Source: Bacteroidota bacterium (GTDB lineage: Bacteria; Bacteroidota; Bacteroidia; Bacteroidales; JACABE01). Taken from it: a DNA stretch of 64,000 nt. Made by a program: the position numbers and the translations under genes. Below are positions 45,954 through 56,017 of the stretch, piece by piece. Location: the NCBI GenBank assembly GCA_013377005.1, contig JACABE010000002.1, positions 7,165 through 71,164 of the forward strand, in the 5' to 3' direction. How positions within the stretch are numbered: position 1 is the first letter of the stretch; every line of letters starts with the position of its first letter. The notes beneath the pieces are model-generated. The model did no database searches. It worked only from the letters and a program-made list of their open reading frames with translations, and had not been told where the DNA came from.

Positions 45954-48900
45954 TATTTTATTTCCTTTCTATTTAAAATTTGTTGTAAATAATCGTATTC
46001 ATAGTTATTGGCAAGTATTTTAAGTTGCTTTGCCAGCTCTGAGTTTTCTGAGTCAATACTATTTATTAACTCAATAAGCAAATCTAAATCTGCAACTGCA
46101 ATTGCATCCAACATTTTTATCACAAGTTGATTTGGCATTTTTGCAATGTCGTCCTCTAAAACCTCATCATTTTTGAGATATTCTTTTTTGGCAGGAACTA
46201 AATTCTCCTCATAAATATATTTAATATCCAGAATTTTCCCTATAACGCTAAACAATTCATATTCCCTAAATGGCTTACGAATATAACCTTGTAAGCCAAA
46301 TATTTTTGCTTTTTTCTTATCTTCTTCAAATGCACTGGCAGTTAAAGCAATAATAGGTGTTTTTAAACCCTTTTCAGTAGCTTTTATTTGATAACAAGCC
46401 TCATAACCATTCATTATTGGCATACGCAAATCCATTAATATAAGATCTGGAGAGTAAATATTAAATTTTGCAATAGCATCTTCACCATTAACAGCTTCCA
46501 TTGTATCAAAACCTACTAAATTAAGGAGTGTTACTACAACTTTCAAATTTTCCTCTTTATCGTCAACAACCAAAATGCGATATGTTTTTTTAGGATTATC
46601 AATGGAAATTACTCTCTTTTTAGGGTTATGTAAAAGTGCTTCTTTTTTCCCAACTTTAATTTTTACATTAAAAGTAAATAAAGAGCCTTTTCCGACTTCA
46701 CTTGAAACAGTGATATCCCCACCCATCAAAATAACTAATTCACGACTTAATGCAAGTCCCAAACCAGTGCCACTTCCTTTTTTGATTCCAGTACTTGTTT
46801 GTACAAAATGTTTAAAAAGGTTATGCTGTTCTTGTTCTGGAATACCAGGGCCTGAATCCTGTATTTCAACAATAATTTGACTTGAATGCTCATCAATTTT
46901 ATCAATACGAATACGGACAGCAATACCTCCTTCATCAGTAAATTTTACAGCATTTCCAATAATATTAATAAATACTTGTCTTAATTTATTTTCATCAACT
47001 ATAATATTTCTAGGTAGATTTTCTTCTGTTTCAAATATAAAAAGAAGGTGTTTTGATTGGATTCGTTCTTTAAAAATCAACTCAATATCTGTTAAAAAAG
47101 AATGCAGATTAATATTTGTAGGGTTTAGCACTACACGTCCGGCTTCTACTTTAGATAATTCCAAAATATCATTAATAAGTGTCAACAAATGTTCACTAGC
47201 ACGAATAATAGAAACATTATATTCCTTTTGATTGCTTGATAATAGAGGATCTCGGTTCATTAGTTGTGAAAATCCGATAATTGCATTCAGAGGAGTCCTG
47301 ATTTCGTGAGACATATTTGCAAGGAATACACTCTTAGCTTTGTTTGCCATTTCAGCTTTACTTGCCATTTCAGTTGCGGTAGTTGTAGCAATTTCAAGAT
47401 TTTTATTGGTTTCAAGTAATTTCTTCTCTGTTTTGGTTCTATTTTTTACATTCACTAATAAATGGGAGAAAAGCTGAAGCAGTGTAATTTCTTTTTCAGT
47501 GTAATAATGTGTATTTACGACTGAATCAAAACCCACAAAACCTATACACTCGTTACCGGAAATCATTGGAATTGTGATCAAACTTAATATTTCTTGTGGT
47601 TCCAGTAAATCTTTTAAAGGACTTTTGGGAAGTGATGAAACATCTGAAATATAGAGCACTTCTCCTTTTTTATGAGAATGAACCCAGTTTGTAATTAATT
47701 CTAAAGGAATATCTTGGAGTTGTTCTATTTGAGGAGTTATATCAGTGTTACACCATTCAAATTCATTAGATGTAGTTTGTTTTATAAAGTCATATTTAAA
47801 AATATAACTTCTATCAGCAGATACAAAATTACCCATTTCTTTTAATGATTCATTAATTGTATCACTCACTTGCTCTATCGGAATATTAATATAGCGAGAT
47901 GCCATATTCATAAGTATTTTTTGCATATTTGTTTGTTGAATCAAAACCTCTTCCGATTGCTTCTGTTCTGTAATATCCCAATTAGTTCCAATCATTCTAA
48001 TTGGTTTACCTGTTTCGTCACGTAAGACTGTGGCAAGTGCTTTTAAATTACGTATTGAACCATCAGACCAAACAACACGAAACTCAGTATCAAACTCTTT
48101 TTCACCACGAATTGCCATCTGGACTTCTTCGTTACCACGTTCCACATCATCTGGATGAACTCTGGATTGCCATACAACGTAAGCATCAGCATCTTCTTTG
48201 TTGGTTATACCGTATAAAGAAAACATTTGATCATCCCATACAAAAACATTGTTTACAATATCATAATCCCAAACACCAACGCCACCAGCACGTGTAGCTA
48301 ATGCTAAACGTGTAGAGACTTGTTTTAATGCTTCTTCTGCTTTTTTACGTTCAGATATATCTCGTTCAATAAAAAGAATACTTGTTGGATTCGAATTAGA
48401 ATCAAGCAAAAGTGTTGAATTTACATCAACATAAAAGCGACTATTGTCTTTTTTAACAGCCAGATATTCAGTGATTTTATTATTATTTTCTCCTTTCAGT
48501 ATTTTTTGAATATTTTCAGTTAATATTTTGTGATTAGATGGATCAATAAAATCAAAAATTGATTTATGTAGATAATCATCTTTTTGCTCTATACTATAAC
48601 CATACATTAATGCTAATTTTTCAGACAAAAGTTGTATTTTACCATCTAATGATGCCATTCCAATCCCATCTGGAGATGCAGAAATAATTGCTTCCCATTT
48701 TTGGCTACTTTGCTGTAAAGCTTCTTCTGCTTGCTTTTGAACAGTTATATCAACAAAACTTTCTACTAATTTTTCTTTATTTCCAATTTGTATCCGTTTA
48801 ACAGTTTTTAAAACATGTATTGCTGTTTTATCAGCACGAAGTAAAATTCTTTCTGAATTATCAACATCTTGCTTTAAATCGCAAACAGGACATAATTGCT

Positions 48901-50785
48901 CTTGAGCTGGACAAATAAATTGGTGGCATTTATTTCCAATAATTCTTTCTTTACTAACACCCATAAGCAATGAAGCAAAAGTATTCACTCTTTCTATAAT
49001 ACGTGTTTCAGGATCAATAATCATGATACCCACAGCCACATTCTCTAATAGTGACCGCTGAAGACTTTCACTTTCACGCAAAGCATCTTCTGCTTGTTTG
49101 CGGATAGTAATATCCAAAACAAAACCTTCAAAATATTTAATATTTCCATTTTCATCCTTTATAGCAGCTGCATCTTCATAAAACCAAATTTTATGACCAT
49201 CTTTATGCTTAACTTCATATTCATAACCCTTAACATAGCCTTTCTCATTCATCATTTTCAGAAAGTTTTTCCGTTCATTAGGATTAAAATAAGCATCTTT
49301 AGAAATGTCTGTTCTACTTTTCATTAATTCTTCCGGTGATTCAAAACCATACATTTTTGCTAATGTTTGATTTACAGAAATGTAAGTTCCGTCAACTTTA
49401 GTCTGAAAAATACCTTCTTGTGCATTTTCGAAAATATTACGATATTTTTTTTCACTATTACTTAAGGCTGCATTCAATCGTTTGCGATCTTCAATTTCTT
49501 TGAGCAGGTTGGCATTTGTGTCTGCCAACTGATATGTTCTTTGTTCAATTCTAAGTTCAAGGTTAGTATTAAGCTCAATTATTTTTTTTTCGGCTTTTTT
49601 GCGTTCTGTAATATCTGCATCCATTCCTCTATATCCAACCAAAACTCCATTTTCATCGAAAATAGGGATTCCATTGGTCATAATATCTATCTCTTTACCA
49701 CTAGCAGCAATACATTGACTTACTGAATTATGAATTTTTTCTTTCCTTCTAAATCTTTCAAAAATAGCATCTTTAAAACGTTTTTTTTCACTTTTGGGAT
49801 AGAGATCATAAAAATGCATTTTTCCGATTAATTGTTCATCTGTATAACCATAAACCTGAAATGCAAGAGGACTTACGTAGGTGAATAAACCTTCAGCATC
49901 AACTTCCCAAACTACTTCTTGGCTTTGCTCTACAACCTGACTAAAACGTTCTTCACTCTTCTCAAGTTTTAGTCTCGATTGTTTTCGTTCGGTAATATCT
50001 CTATATTTCCATAAATGCCCGTTATATTCATTATTCAAATAAGTAGGAATATAATCTCTTTCGAAATATCTACCATCTATTAGTTCTAATTCATCATTAA
50101 AAACTGCTTTTTTATTAGCTAAAATTAAATCAATTGCAGCAATGAATTTATCAGGATTTCTAAAAAGATATTTGCTTTGATCTGCTGAATTTGAACAATC
50201 TGCACCAATAAGAGCTTCAGGTGCAACAGGAATACCAAACATATCGCAGAAAAGCTGATTTGTTAAAATAATTTTTCTATTTAAACTTTCAAGCAAAATA
50301 CCTTCCTGTAAATTAATGATAAGATTGGTTAGAAGATTTGTTTTATCTTTTAAAGCTTCTTGTTCAAGTTTATGATTAGTAATATCATGTATCAAAGAAT
50401 AGAGCAATGTTGAATTACCCACTTTTATAGGTCCGGAATAAACTTCAACATCTCTAGTATTACCATTTGCCAGACGATGCTTAAAGAAAAAATGATTACA
50501 GCTACCTATATTAGCTTTTTGAATTTCTTCTGCAATTTTTTCTTCAGAGGATGTATTTATTTCAGCAATACTCTTATTACACAATTCAGAATGAGACCAT
50601 CCATAAAACCTACAAGCTGAAGAATTTGCATCTTTTATCATACTGCTATTAGGATCTATTAGCAACATTATAGATTGATTGTTCCAAAATAAAGATTTAT
50701 ACCATTCTTCACTTTGATCCAGATTTTTTTCTTCTTTCTTATTAAGATTCTTTGAATCAGTTATAGTTTTATTTTTACTTTTCAT
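45950..50785 (-). CDS. Giant cytoplasmic hybrid kinase: about 7 PAS - GAF - HisKA - HATPase - REC - conserved His-less tail
   Basis: 1611 aa. Seven PAC ends (for example RDITERK, ADITERK, LDITIRK, RDISERK, WDITEQK). GAF: ADRSYIF...CIGFVGFD. H-box MSHEIRTPLNA. GTGLGLALS. REC: LILMDLRMPIMNG. Confidence 0.92.
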   Translation of the reverse strand: MKSKNKTITDSKNLNKKEEKNLDQSEEWYKSLFWNNQSIMLLIDPNSSMIKDANSSACRFYGWSHSELCNKSIAEINTSSEEKIAEEIQKANIGSCNHFFFKHRLANGNTRDVEVYSGPIKVGNSTLLYSLIHDITNHKLEQEALKDKTNLLTNLIINLQEGILLESLNRKIILTNQLFCDMFGIPVAPEALIGADCSNSADQSKYLFRNPDKFIAAIDLILANKKAVFNDELELIDGRYFERDYIPTYLNNEYNGHLWKYRDITERKQSRLKLEKSEERFSQVVEQSQEVVWEVDAEGLFTYVSPLAFQVYGYTDEQLIGKMHFYDLYPKSEKKRFKDAIFERFRRKEKIHNSVSQCIAASGKEIDIMTNGIPIFDENGVLVGYRGMDADITERKKAEKKIIELNTNLELRIEQRTYQLADTNANLLKEIEDRKRLNAALSNSEKKYRNIFENAQEGIFQTKVDGTYISVNQTLAKMYGFESPEELMKSRTDISKDAYFNPNERKNFLKMMNEKGYVKGYEYEVKHKDGHKIWFYEDAAAIKDENGNIKYFEGFVLDITIRKQAEDALRESESLQRSLLENVAVGIMIIDPETRIIERVNTFASLLMGVSKERIIGNKCHQFICPAQEQLCPVCDLKQDVDNSERILLRADKTAIHVLKTVKRIQIGNKEKLVESFVDITVQKQAEEALQQSSQKWEAIISASPDGIGMASLDGKIQLLSEKLALMYGYSIEQKDDYLHKSIFDFIDPSNHKILTENIQKILKGENNNKITEYLAVKKDNSRFYVDVNSTLLLDSNSNPTSILFIERDISERKKAEEALKQVSTRLALATRAGGVGVWDYDIVNNVFVWDDQMFSLYGITNKEDADAYVVWQSRVHPDDVERGNEEVQMAIRGEKEFDTEFRVVWSDGSIRNLKALATVLRDETGKPIRMIGTNWDITEQKQSEEVLIQQTNMQKILMNMASRYINIPIEQVSDTINESLKEMGNFVSADRSYIFKYDFIKQTTSNEFEWCNTDITPQIEQLQDIPLELITNWVHSHKKGEVLYISDVSSLPKSPLKDLLEPQEILSLITIPMISGNECIGFVGFDSVVNTHYYTEKEITLLQLFSHLLVNVKNRTKTEKKLLETNKNLEIATTTATEMASKAEMANKAKSVFLANMSHEIRTPLNAIIGFSQLMNRDPLLSSNQKEYNVSIIRASEHLLTLINDILELSKVEAGRVVLNPTNINLHSFLTDIELIFKERIQSKHLLFIFETEENLPRNIIVDENKLRQVFINIIGNAVKFTDEGGIAVRIRIDKIDEHSSQIIVEIQDSGPGIPEQEQHNLFKHFVQTSTGIKKGSGTGLGLALSRELVILMGGDITVSSEVGKGSLFTFNVKIKVGKKEALLHNPKKRVISIDNPKKTYRILVVDDKEENLKVVVTLLNLVGFDTMEAVNGEDAIAKFNIYSPDLILMDLRMPIMNGYEACYQIKATEKGLKTPIIALTASAFEEDKKKAKIFGLQGYIRKPFREYELFSVIGKILDIKYIYEENLVPAKKEYLKNDEVLEDDIAKMPNQLVIKMLDAIAVADLDLLIELINSIDSENSELAKQLKILANNYEYDYLQQILNRKEIKY

Positions 50786-50866
50786 AAAGAAATTCTTATT
50801 TTAAAGCATATTCTTGCAAAAGGTATTTAGCAAAAATGCATTTATTACTACATAATAATCTAGATT

Positions 50867-53800
50867 CTATCTGTTTTTATTTAATAACTGCTGCAAATAA
50901 TCATAATCATAATTATTGGCAAGCAATTTAAGACGATTTGCAAGTTTTAAGTTATCTTTATTAATACTGTTAATAAGTTCTATCAACAAATCTAAATCTG
51001 CAACAGCAATGGCATCTAACATTTTTAATACAAGATCATCGGATAATTTTGCAATATCTTCTTTAAATGTATCATTATTAGCATAATCTTTTTGATCTAA
51101 AGATGGTATTTCTTCATAAATATAATTAATACCCAATACTTTTCCGACAGTAACAAATAATTCATTTTCCCTAAACGGTTTGCGAATATATCCTTGAAAA
51201 TCAAACAAATCTATCTTTTTTCGTTCATCTTCAAACGAACTAGCAGTAAGTGCAATTATAGGGGTTTGTTTCCCTTTGTCTGTTAACTTTATGCAATGAC
51301 TTGCTTCATAACCATCCATCACAGGCATAGTCATGTCCATTAAAATAAGATCAGGATTGTATTGTTCAAATTTCGCTATAGCATCCACCCCGTTAATAGC
51401 CTCTATAGTTTCAAAACCTACTAAATTGAGAAGTTTAACAGCCACTTGTAAATTTTCTACTTTATCGTCAACTACCAGAATACGATAAATATCTCCTTCA
51501 TTTTCAAAACCAATTACACGTTTTGTGGTAACATCTTTTATTGTTTCAGAGTCTCCTTCTTTTATTTTCACCTTAAATGTAAATATTGAACCTTCGCCAA
51601 TCTGACTGGTTACGCTTATATTTCCACCCATCAACACAGCTAGCTCACGGCTTAATGCAAGCCCCAACCCAGTACCACTCCCTTTTTTCATTCCAGAAGT
51701 TGTTTGCACAAAATGTTTAAATAGACTGTTTAATTCACTTTCTTCAATCCCGATACCAGAATCCTGAATTTCAACAACCAGATAGCTCGTATTTACATTT
51801 TCTTTATAAAGTTTTACTCTCACTGCAATTCCACCTTCATCTGTAAATTTTATTGCATTCCCAATTAAATTGATAAATATTTGTCGTAATTTATTTTCAT
51901 CAACAAGAACAAAACGTGGAAGATTGCTAGCCATTTCAAAAATTATCTGAAGATGCTTAGATTGTATTTTTTCTTTAAAAATCAACTGAATATCTTCAAT
52001 AAGTGTATGTAAATCAACATTAGTAGGATTCAACTCAACACGCCCTGCTTCAACCTTTGAAAGTTCTAGAATATTGTTTATAAGCATTAAAAGATGTTCT
52101 CCTGCACGAATAATAGAAGTGTTATATTCCTTTTGAGCATCAGTTAAAAGAGGATCTCGATTCATCAGTTGTGAAAACCCAATAATTGCATTTAAAGGTG
52201 TTCTGATTTCGTGCGACATATTTGCCAAAAAAATACTCTTAGACTTATTTGCCATTTCAGCCTCCTGTTTGGCATTAAAAAGGACTGCTTCTGTTTTTTT
52301 CTGTTGAGTTATATCCCAATTAGTTCCAACCATATGCAAAGGATTACCATCCTCATCACGTTGAACTTTAGCAAGAGCTCTGACATTATGAATCGAACCA
52401 TCTTTAGACCAAATAACGCGAAACTCAGTATCATATTCCTTCTCGTTGTTTATCGCCATATTCATTTCATTATCAGCTCTTTTTAAATCATCTAAATAAA
52501 TAGTTTCTCGCCAAGTTTTATATCCATTATCAAAATTCTTTTTATCCAGTCCATAAATTTCAAACATTTGATCGTCCCACAAAAGAGTATTATTAACAAT
52601 ATCAAAATCCCAAACGCCCACACCACCAGCACGTGTAGCCAATGCTAAACGTGTAGACAACTGTTTTAATTCGTTTTCTGCCTTTTTCCGATTAGAAATA
52701 TCCTGAATAATAGAAGAAAGATGAACAATGCCACCTTCTGAATTTCTCACAATTCCAGTAGAAACAGATACTTCAATAAGAGTCTTATCTTTACGAATGT
52801 ATCTTTTTTCAATATTTTTGGGCTCTTTACCTAACAAAACTTCCTCAAATAATAATTTTTCTTTTTCTAAATCTTCTTTTGGCGTAATTTCTGCCCAAGT
52901 CATATTTTCAAGTTCTGACTTAGAATAACCGAGCATTTCACAAAGTTTATTATTAAAATAAAGCCACCTGCCATCCATAACAGTAATAGCAATTCCAACA
53001 AGAGAAGAATTAAATAGTCCACGAAATCTTTCTTCGCTCTCGCGTAATTCCAAAGTACGTTCTGCCACCCTTATTTCAAGATCTGTTTTACGTTGGCTAA
53101 GAAAAACTACAAAAGCTACAAAAAGTGAAGTAAGTAATAATCCTATCACTATTGCTATATATCCAGTGAATACGGGTGCAGCAATAATAGATTCAGGGAA
53201 AGGTGTTATAACAGTAACATACGTTTTGCCAAAAACAAAAATCGGATAGATGACTTTATATGTATTTTGAAGTGTCAGATTCAAATCCTTAAAATTACCT
53301 CCATTTTGCTTTGCTGATTCTTCATAAGTTGAAGCTAAAAATATAGGATGTTGATTAACTGATAGCTGGAATAGATTAATAATATTTTGTGGTTTTTCCG
53401 ATGGATCAGTAGAAACTGCTCTTTGAATAAATAATTCAAGTTTTACTATTGCAACCAGAAACCCATGAAAAGTTCGCGTTCCCTTTTCATTTGAATATAC
53501 AGGTTGAAATATCAATATTTCTGTATTATTCTCTTTTTTTGCAGGCAGAATAATTGGATCAGATGCTAGAGTCATTCCATTATTTTTAGCTTTTTCGAGT
53601 GTTTTCATCGCAATAGAATCAGATGAAAGATCGTAACCAGCTAACAATTCATTTCCTAAAAAAGGTTCAATATACCAAATTGGGTAGTAAACATCTCGTT
53701 TTTTCACAGGAATCTTCTTTCCTGTGGCATCTTTCTGCCATATTTTAAAATCGGATAAAGCTTCTTTATGAGCTATTAATTCGAAATTTGGCTTCTCTTT

Positions 53801-54868
53801 TTCATTTACAGGAACAACCCAAGCTATCGAAATTTGCCTACCATTCATCTGAAACATTGGCGCCAATAAAGAATGGAAAGCATCCCTAGAAATATCCTGA
53901 GAGCCAAAAAAATAGCGAGTTAATCCTCCAATTTGATAATCACGTAGATTTTTGAAAGATTTGAAAATACTTTTAGCTTCAGGTTCTGAAACCTGTGTAA
54001 AAACATCCTGCTGTTTCTCTTTTTCATGATATTGCAATGAAAATGAAATAATTAAGGTAAGAGATAAGCCAAAAATGGCAATAATGATGGTCTCTGTGTA
54101 CTTCCATAAAAACTTATCTTTTTTAACACTGTATTTTCGTAATGCAAGTAAAATAGCGCCTCCGAGTAATACCATTACAAGTATAAGAACACAAAAAAAA
54201 GTTATTTGACGATGATCTGTAATTATTTTTTGAAAAACAGCAAAATCAATATCCACACCAACTACCATTAAGACTTTACCTGTACTAAATTCAAATACAG
54301 GAGCATATGCAGAAACAAAAGTGCTGTATTCATCACTATAAGGACCTTCTACAAATGCCTTACCTTTTGAAAAAATATTCTTTACTTCGATTGTTGGTTT
54401 TTTATAAATTGTACCTGGAGGGGAAGCATAAAGTTCTTTTTCTCTATAGCTTTCTGGGCCAAATCTAATAATATTATTATGCATATTCATGCTGTAAATA
54501 CCAATATTTGCAACATGAAAATTCTCTTGAATTACATTTCTGTATGACATCATTTGCTCACACATCTGTTGAAATTCAATTTTTGATTTATCTTTTATAT
54601 TGAATTCTAATTTTTTTACTTGTTCAGGATTTATTGTACGAGCAATTGCTTCTACTTGTCGTTGTAGATTCTTCCTTACTTCTTTATCTGTAAGTTGACC
54701 TTGCCAATTTGCAATCCAAAAGCCTGATACAAAAACAAATATCAATATCAGAGAGAAAGGTAATATATATCTTTGGTGCTGCTTACGCCAAATAATATAA
54801 ATAATAACAAACGTTAACAAAAACGTGATTATAAACAATGAGAAAATATAATCTATTTGCTGCATCAT
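50867..54868 (-). CDS. Membrane hybrid kinase with two extracytoplasmic sensor modules (Cache-like plus CHASE) - 2 PAS - HisKA - HATPase - REC - conserved tail
   Basis: 1333 aa with five predicted TM segments. First loop: YSDEYSTFVSAYAPVFEFSTGKVLMVVGVDI (Cache-like). Second loop: IAWVVPV...YYPIWYIEPF..NELLAGYDLSSD...IFQPVY (CHASE-like). H-box MSHEIRTPLNA. REC: LILMDMTMPVMDG. Confidence 0.9.
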   Translation of the reverse strand: MMQQIDYIFSLFIITFLLTFVIIYIIWRKQHQRYILPFSLILIFVFVSGFWIANWQGQLTDKEVRKNLQRQVEAIARTINPEQVKKLEFNIKDKSKIEFQQMCEQMMSYRNVIQENFHVANIGIYSMNMHNNIIRFGPESYREKELYASPPGTIYKKPTIEVKNIFSKGKAFVEGPYSDEYSTFVSAYAPVFEFSTGKVLMVVGVDIDFAVFQKIITDHRQITFFCVLILVMVLLGGAILLALRKYSVKKDKFLWKYTETIIIAIFGLSLTLIISFSLQYHEKEKQQDVFTQVSEPEAKSIFKSFKNLRDYQIGGLTRYFFGSQDISRDAFHSLLAPMFQMNGRQISIAWVVPVNEKEKPNFELIAHKEALSDFKIWQKDATGKKIPVKKRDVYYPIWYIEPFLGNELLAGYDLSSDSIAMKTLEKAKNNGMTLASDPIILPAKKENNTEILIFQPVYSNEKGTRTFHGFLVAIVKLELFIQRAVSTDPSEKPQNIINLFQLSVNQHPIFLASTYEESAKQNGGNFKDLNLTLQNTYKVIYPIFVFGKTYVTVITPFPESIIAAPVFTGYIAIVIGLLLTSLFVAFVVFLSQRKTDLEIRVAERTLELRESEERFRGLFNSSLVGIAITVMDGRWLYFNNKLCEMLGYSKSELENMTWAEITPKEDLEKEKLLFEEVLLGKEPKNIEKRYIRKDKTLIEVSVSTGIVRNSEGGIVHLSSIIQDISNRKKAENELKQLSTRLALATRAGGVGVWDFDIVNNTLLWDDQMFEIYGLDKKNFDNGYKTWRETIYLDDLKRADNEMNMAINNEKEYDTEFRVIWSKDGSIHNVRALAKVQRDEDGNPLHMVGTNWDITQQKKTEAVLFNAKQEAEMANKSKSIFLANMSHEIRTPLNAIIGFSQLMNRDPLLTDAQKEYNTSIIRAGEHLLMLINNILELSKVEAGRVELNPTNVDLHTLIEDIQLIFKEKIQSKHLQIIFEMASNLPRFVLVDENKLRQIFINLIGNAIKFTDEGGIAVRVKLYKENVNTSYLVVEIQDSGIGIEESELNSLFKHFVQTTSGMKKGSGTGLGLALSRELAVLMGGNISVTSQIGEGSIFTFKVKIKEGDSETIKDVTTKRVIGFENEGDIYRILVVDDKVENLQVAVKLLNLVGFETIEAINGVDAIAKFEQYNPDLILMDMTMPVMDGYEASHCIKLTDKGKQTPIIALTASSFEDERKKIDLFDFQGYIRKPFRENELFVTVGKVLGINYIYEEIPSLDQKDYANNDTFKEDIAKLSDDLVLKMLDAIAVADLDLLIELINSINKDNLKLANRLKLLANNYDYDYLQQLLNKNR

Positions 54869-54904
54869 ATTAAGCCTCCTTATAGGTTGTCATAAAGAAT
54901 TATT

Positions 54905-56017
54905 TTAATTTATTGCAGGAATAGTAAAGCAAAAAGCACTTCCTTTTTTTTCTTCACTCACCACCCATAATTTCCCATTATTTTTTTCTACAAACTCTTT
55001 ACAAAGTAGCAAACCTAAACCAGTACTAGGCTCACCTTCAGTGCCAGGACGACTATGCTTTGCATCTAGTCTAAATAGATTGTCCAACATTTCGTAGCTC
55101 ATCCCAATACCATTATCTTTTACAGCTATTTCAACAATTTTATCAACTCCTATGTTAGCAGAAATACTGACATCTCCGCCTTTAGGCGTAAACTTAATTG
55201 CATTTGAAACCAGATTACGGATAATGATTTGAAGCATATTCATATCCGCAAACACTTCCATTTTTGGAGGAATATTAACTTCTATTTTTATTGTTTTATT
55301 TTTTGCAGTTTCTGTAATAATTTTCAAACATTCATTAACGACGAAATTCAAATCTAATAATTGTGGATTAAAAACAGTATGTCCTTGTTGCATTTGCGAC
55401 CATTCAAGGAGATTTTCTAAAAGTTTATAAATATTACGTGCAGAATGACTTAAATTTTTTGTCAGCTCCACTTTTTGGTCAGGCGTTAGTTGATAAGATT
55501 CATCTTCCATCATATCAGCTAACATCATTAGGCCTCCTAATGGTCCGCGTAAATCATGGGCAATTATGGAAAAAAACTTTACTTTTTCGGCATTAAGCTG
55601 CTGTAGTTTCTGTTTTTGTTGACGAATTTTCAAATGTGTTGCAACTCTAGCTTTTACTTCTTCAGCCTGAAATGGTTTAGTAATATAATCTACTCCTCCC
55701 GAAGTAAATGCTTTTACAATATCATTTGTATCGTTAAGAGCACTAATAAAAATAACAGGTATATCACTTAAAATTGGATTTTGCTTTAATTGCCGACAAA
55801 CCTCATAACCATCCATATCCGGCATCATAATATCAAGCAGAATAATATCTGGTGTTTCCTTATTTGCAACTTGTAAAGCCAAAGCACCATTAGGAACAGG
55901 TCTGACTTTATAACCTTCATTCTTAAGTATATTTCCTAATACTTTCAAATTGTCAGAGATATCATCAACAATAAGAACATTAGAAGTATTATTGCTTAAA
56001 ACATTTTCATTTTCCAT
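54905..56017 (-). CDS. REC-HisKA-HATPase (receiver-controlled histidine kinase)
   Basis: 370 aa. REC: LIVDDISDNL...IILLDIMMPDMDG...TKPF. H-box IIAHDLRGPLGG. N-box VSNAIKFTPKGG. DNGIGM. TGLGLL. Its ATG overlaps the upstream TAA by 1 nt. Confidence 0.92.
   Translation of the reverse strand: MENENVLSNNTSNVLIVDDISDNLKVLGNILKNEGYKVRPVPNGALALQVANKETPDIILLDIMMPDMDGYEVCRQLKQNPILSDIPVIFISALNDTNDIVKAFTSGGVDYITKPFQAEEVKARVATHLKIRQQKQKLQQLNAEKVKFFSIIAHDLRGPLGGLMMLADMMEDESYQLTPDQKVELTKNLSHSARNIYKLLENLLEWSQMQQGHTVFNPQLLDLNFVVNECLKIITETAKNKTIKIEVNIPPKMEVFADMNMLQIIIRNLVSNAIKFTPKGGDVSISANIGVDKIVEIAVKDNGIGMSYEMLDNLFRLDAKHSRPGTEGEPSTGLGLLLCKEFVEKNNGKLWVVSEEKKGSAFCFTIPAIN

Noticed and set aside
45950-46180. Calling the conserved C-terminal tails of the three giant kinases genuine HPt domains
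   Set aside because: No conserved histidine is present, and two of the three tails have none. No HxxKG motif is present. The tails are kept only as a 'degenerate HPt-like or docking tail' hypothesis.
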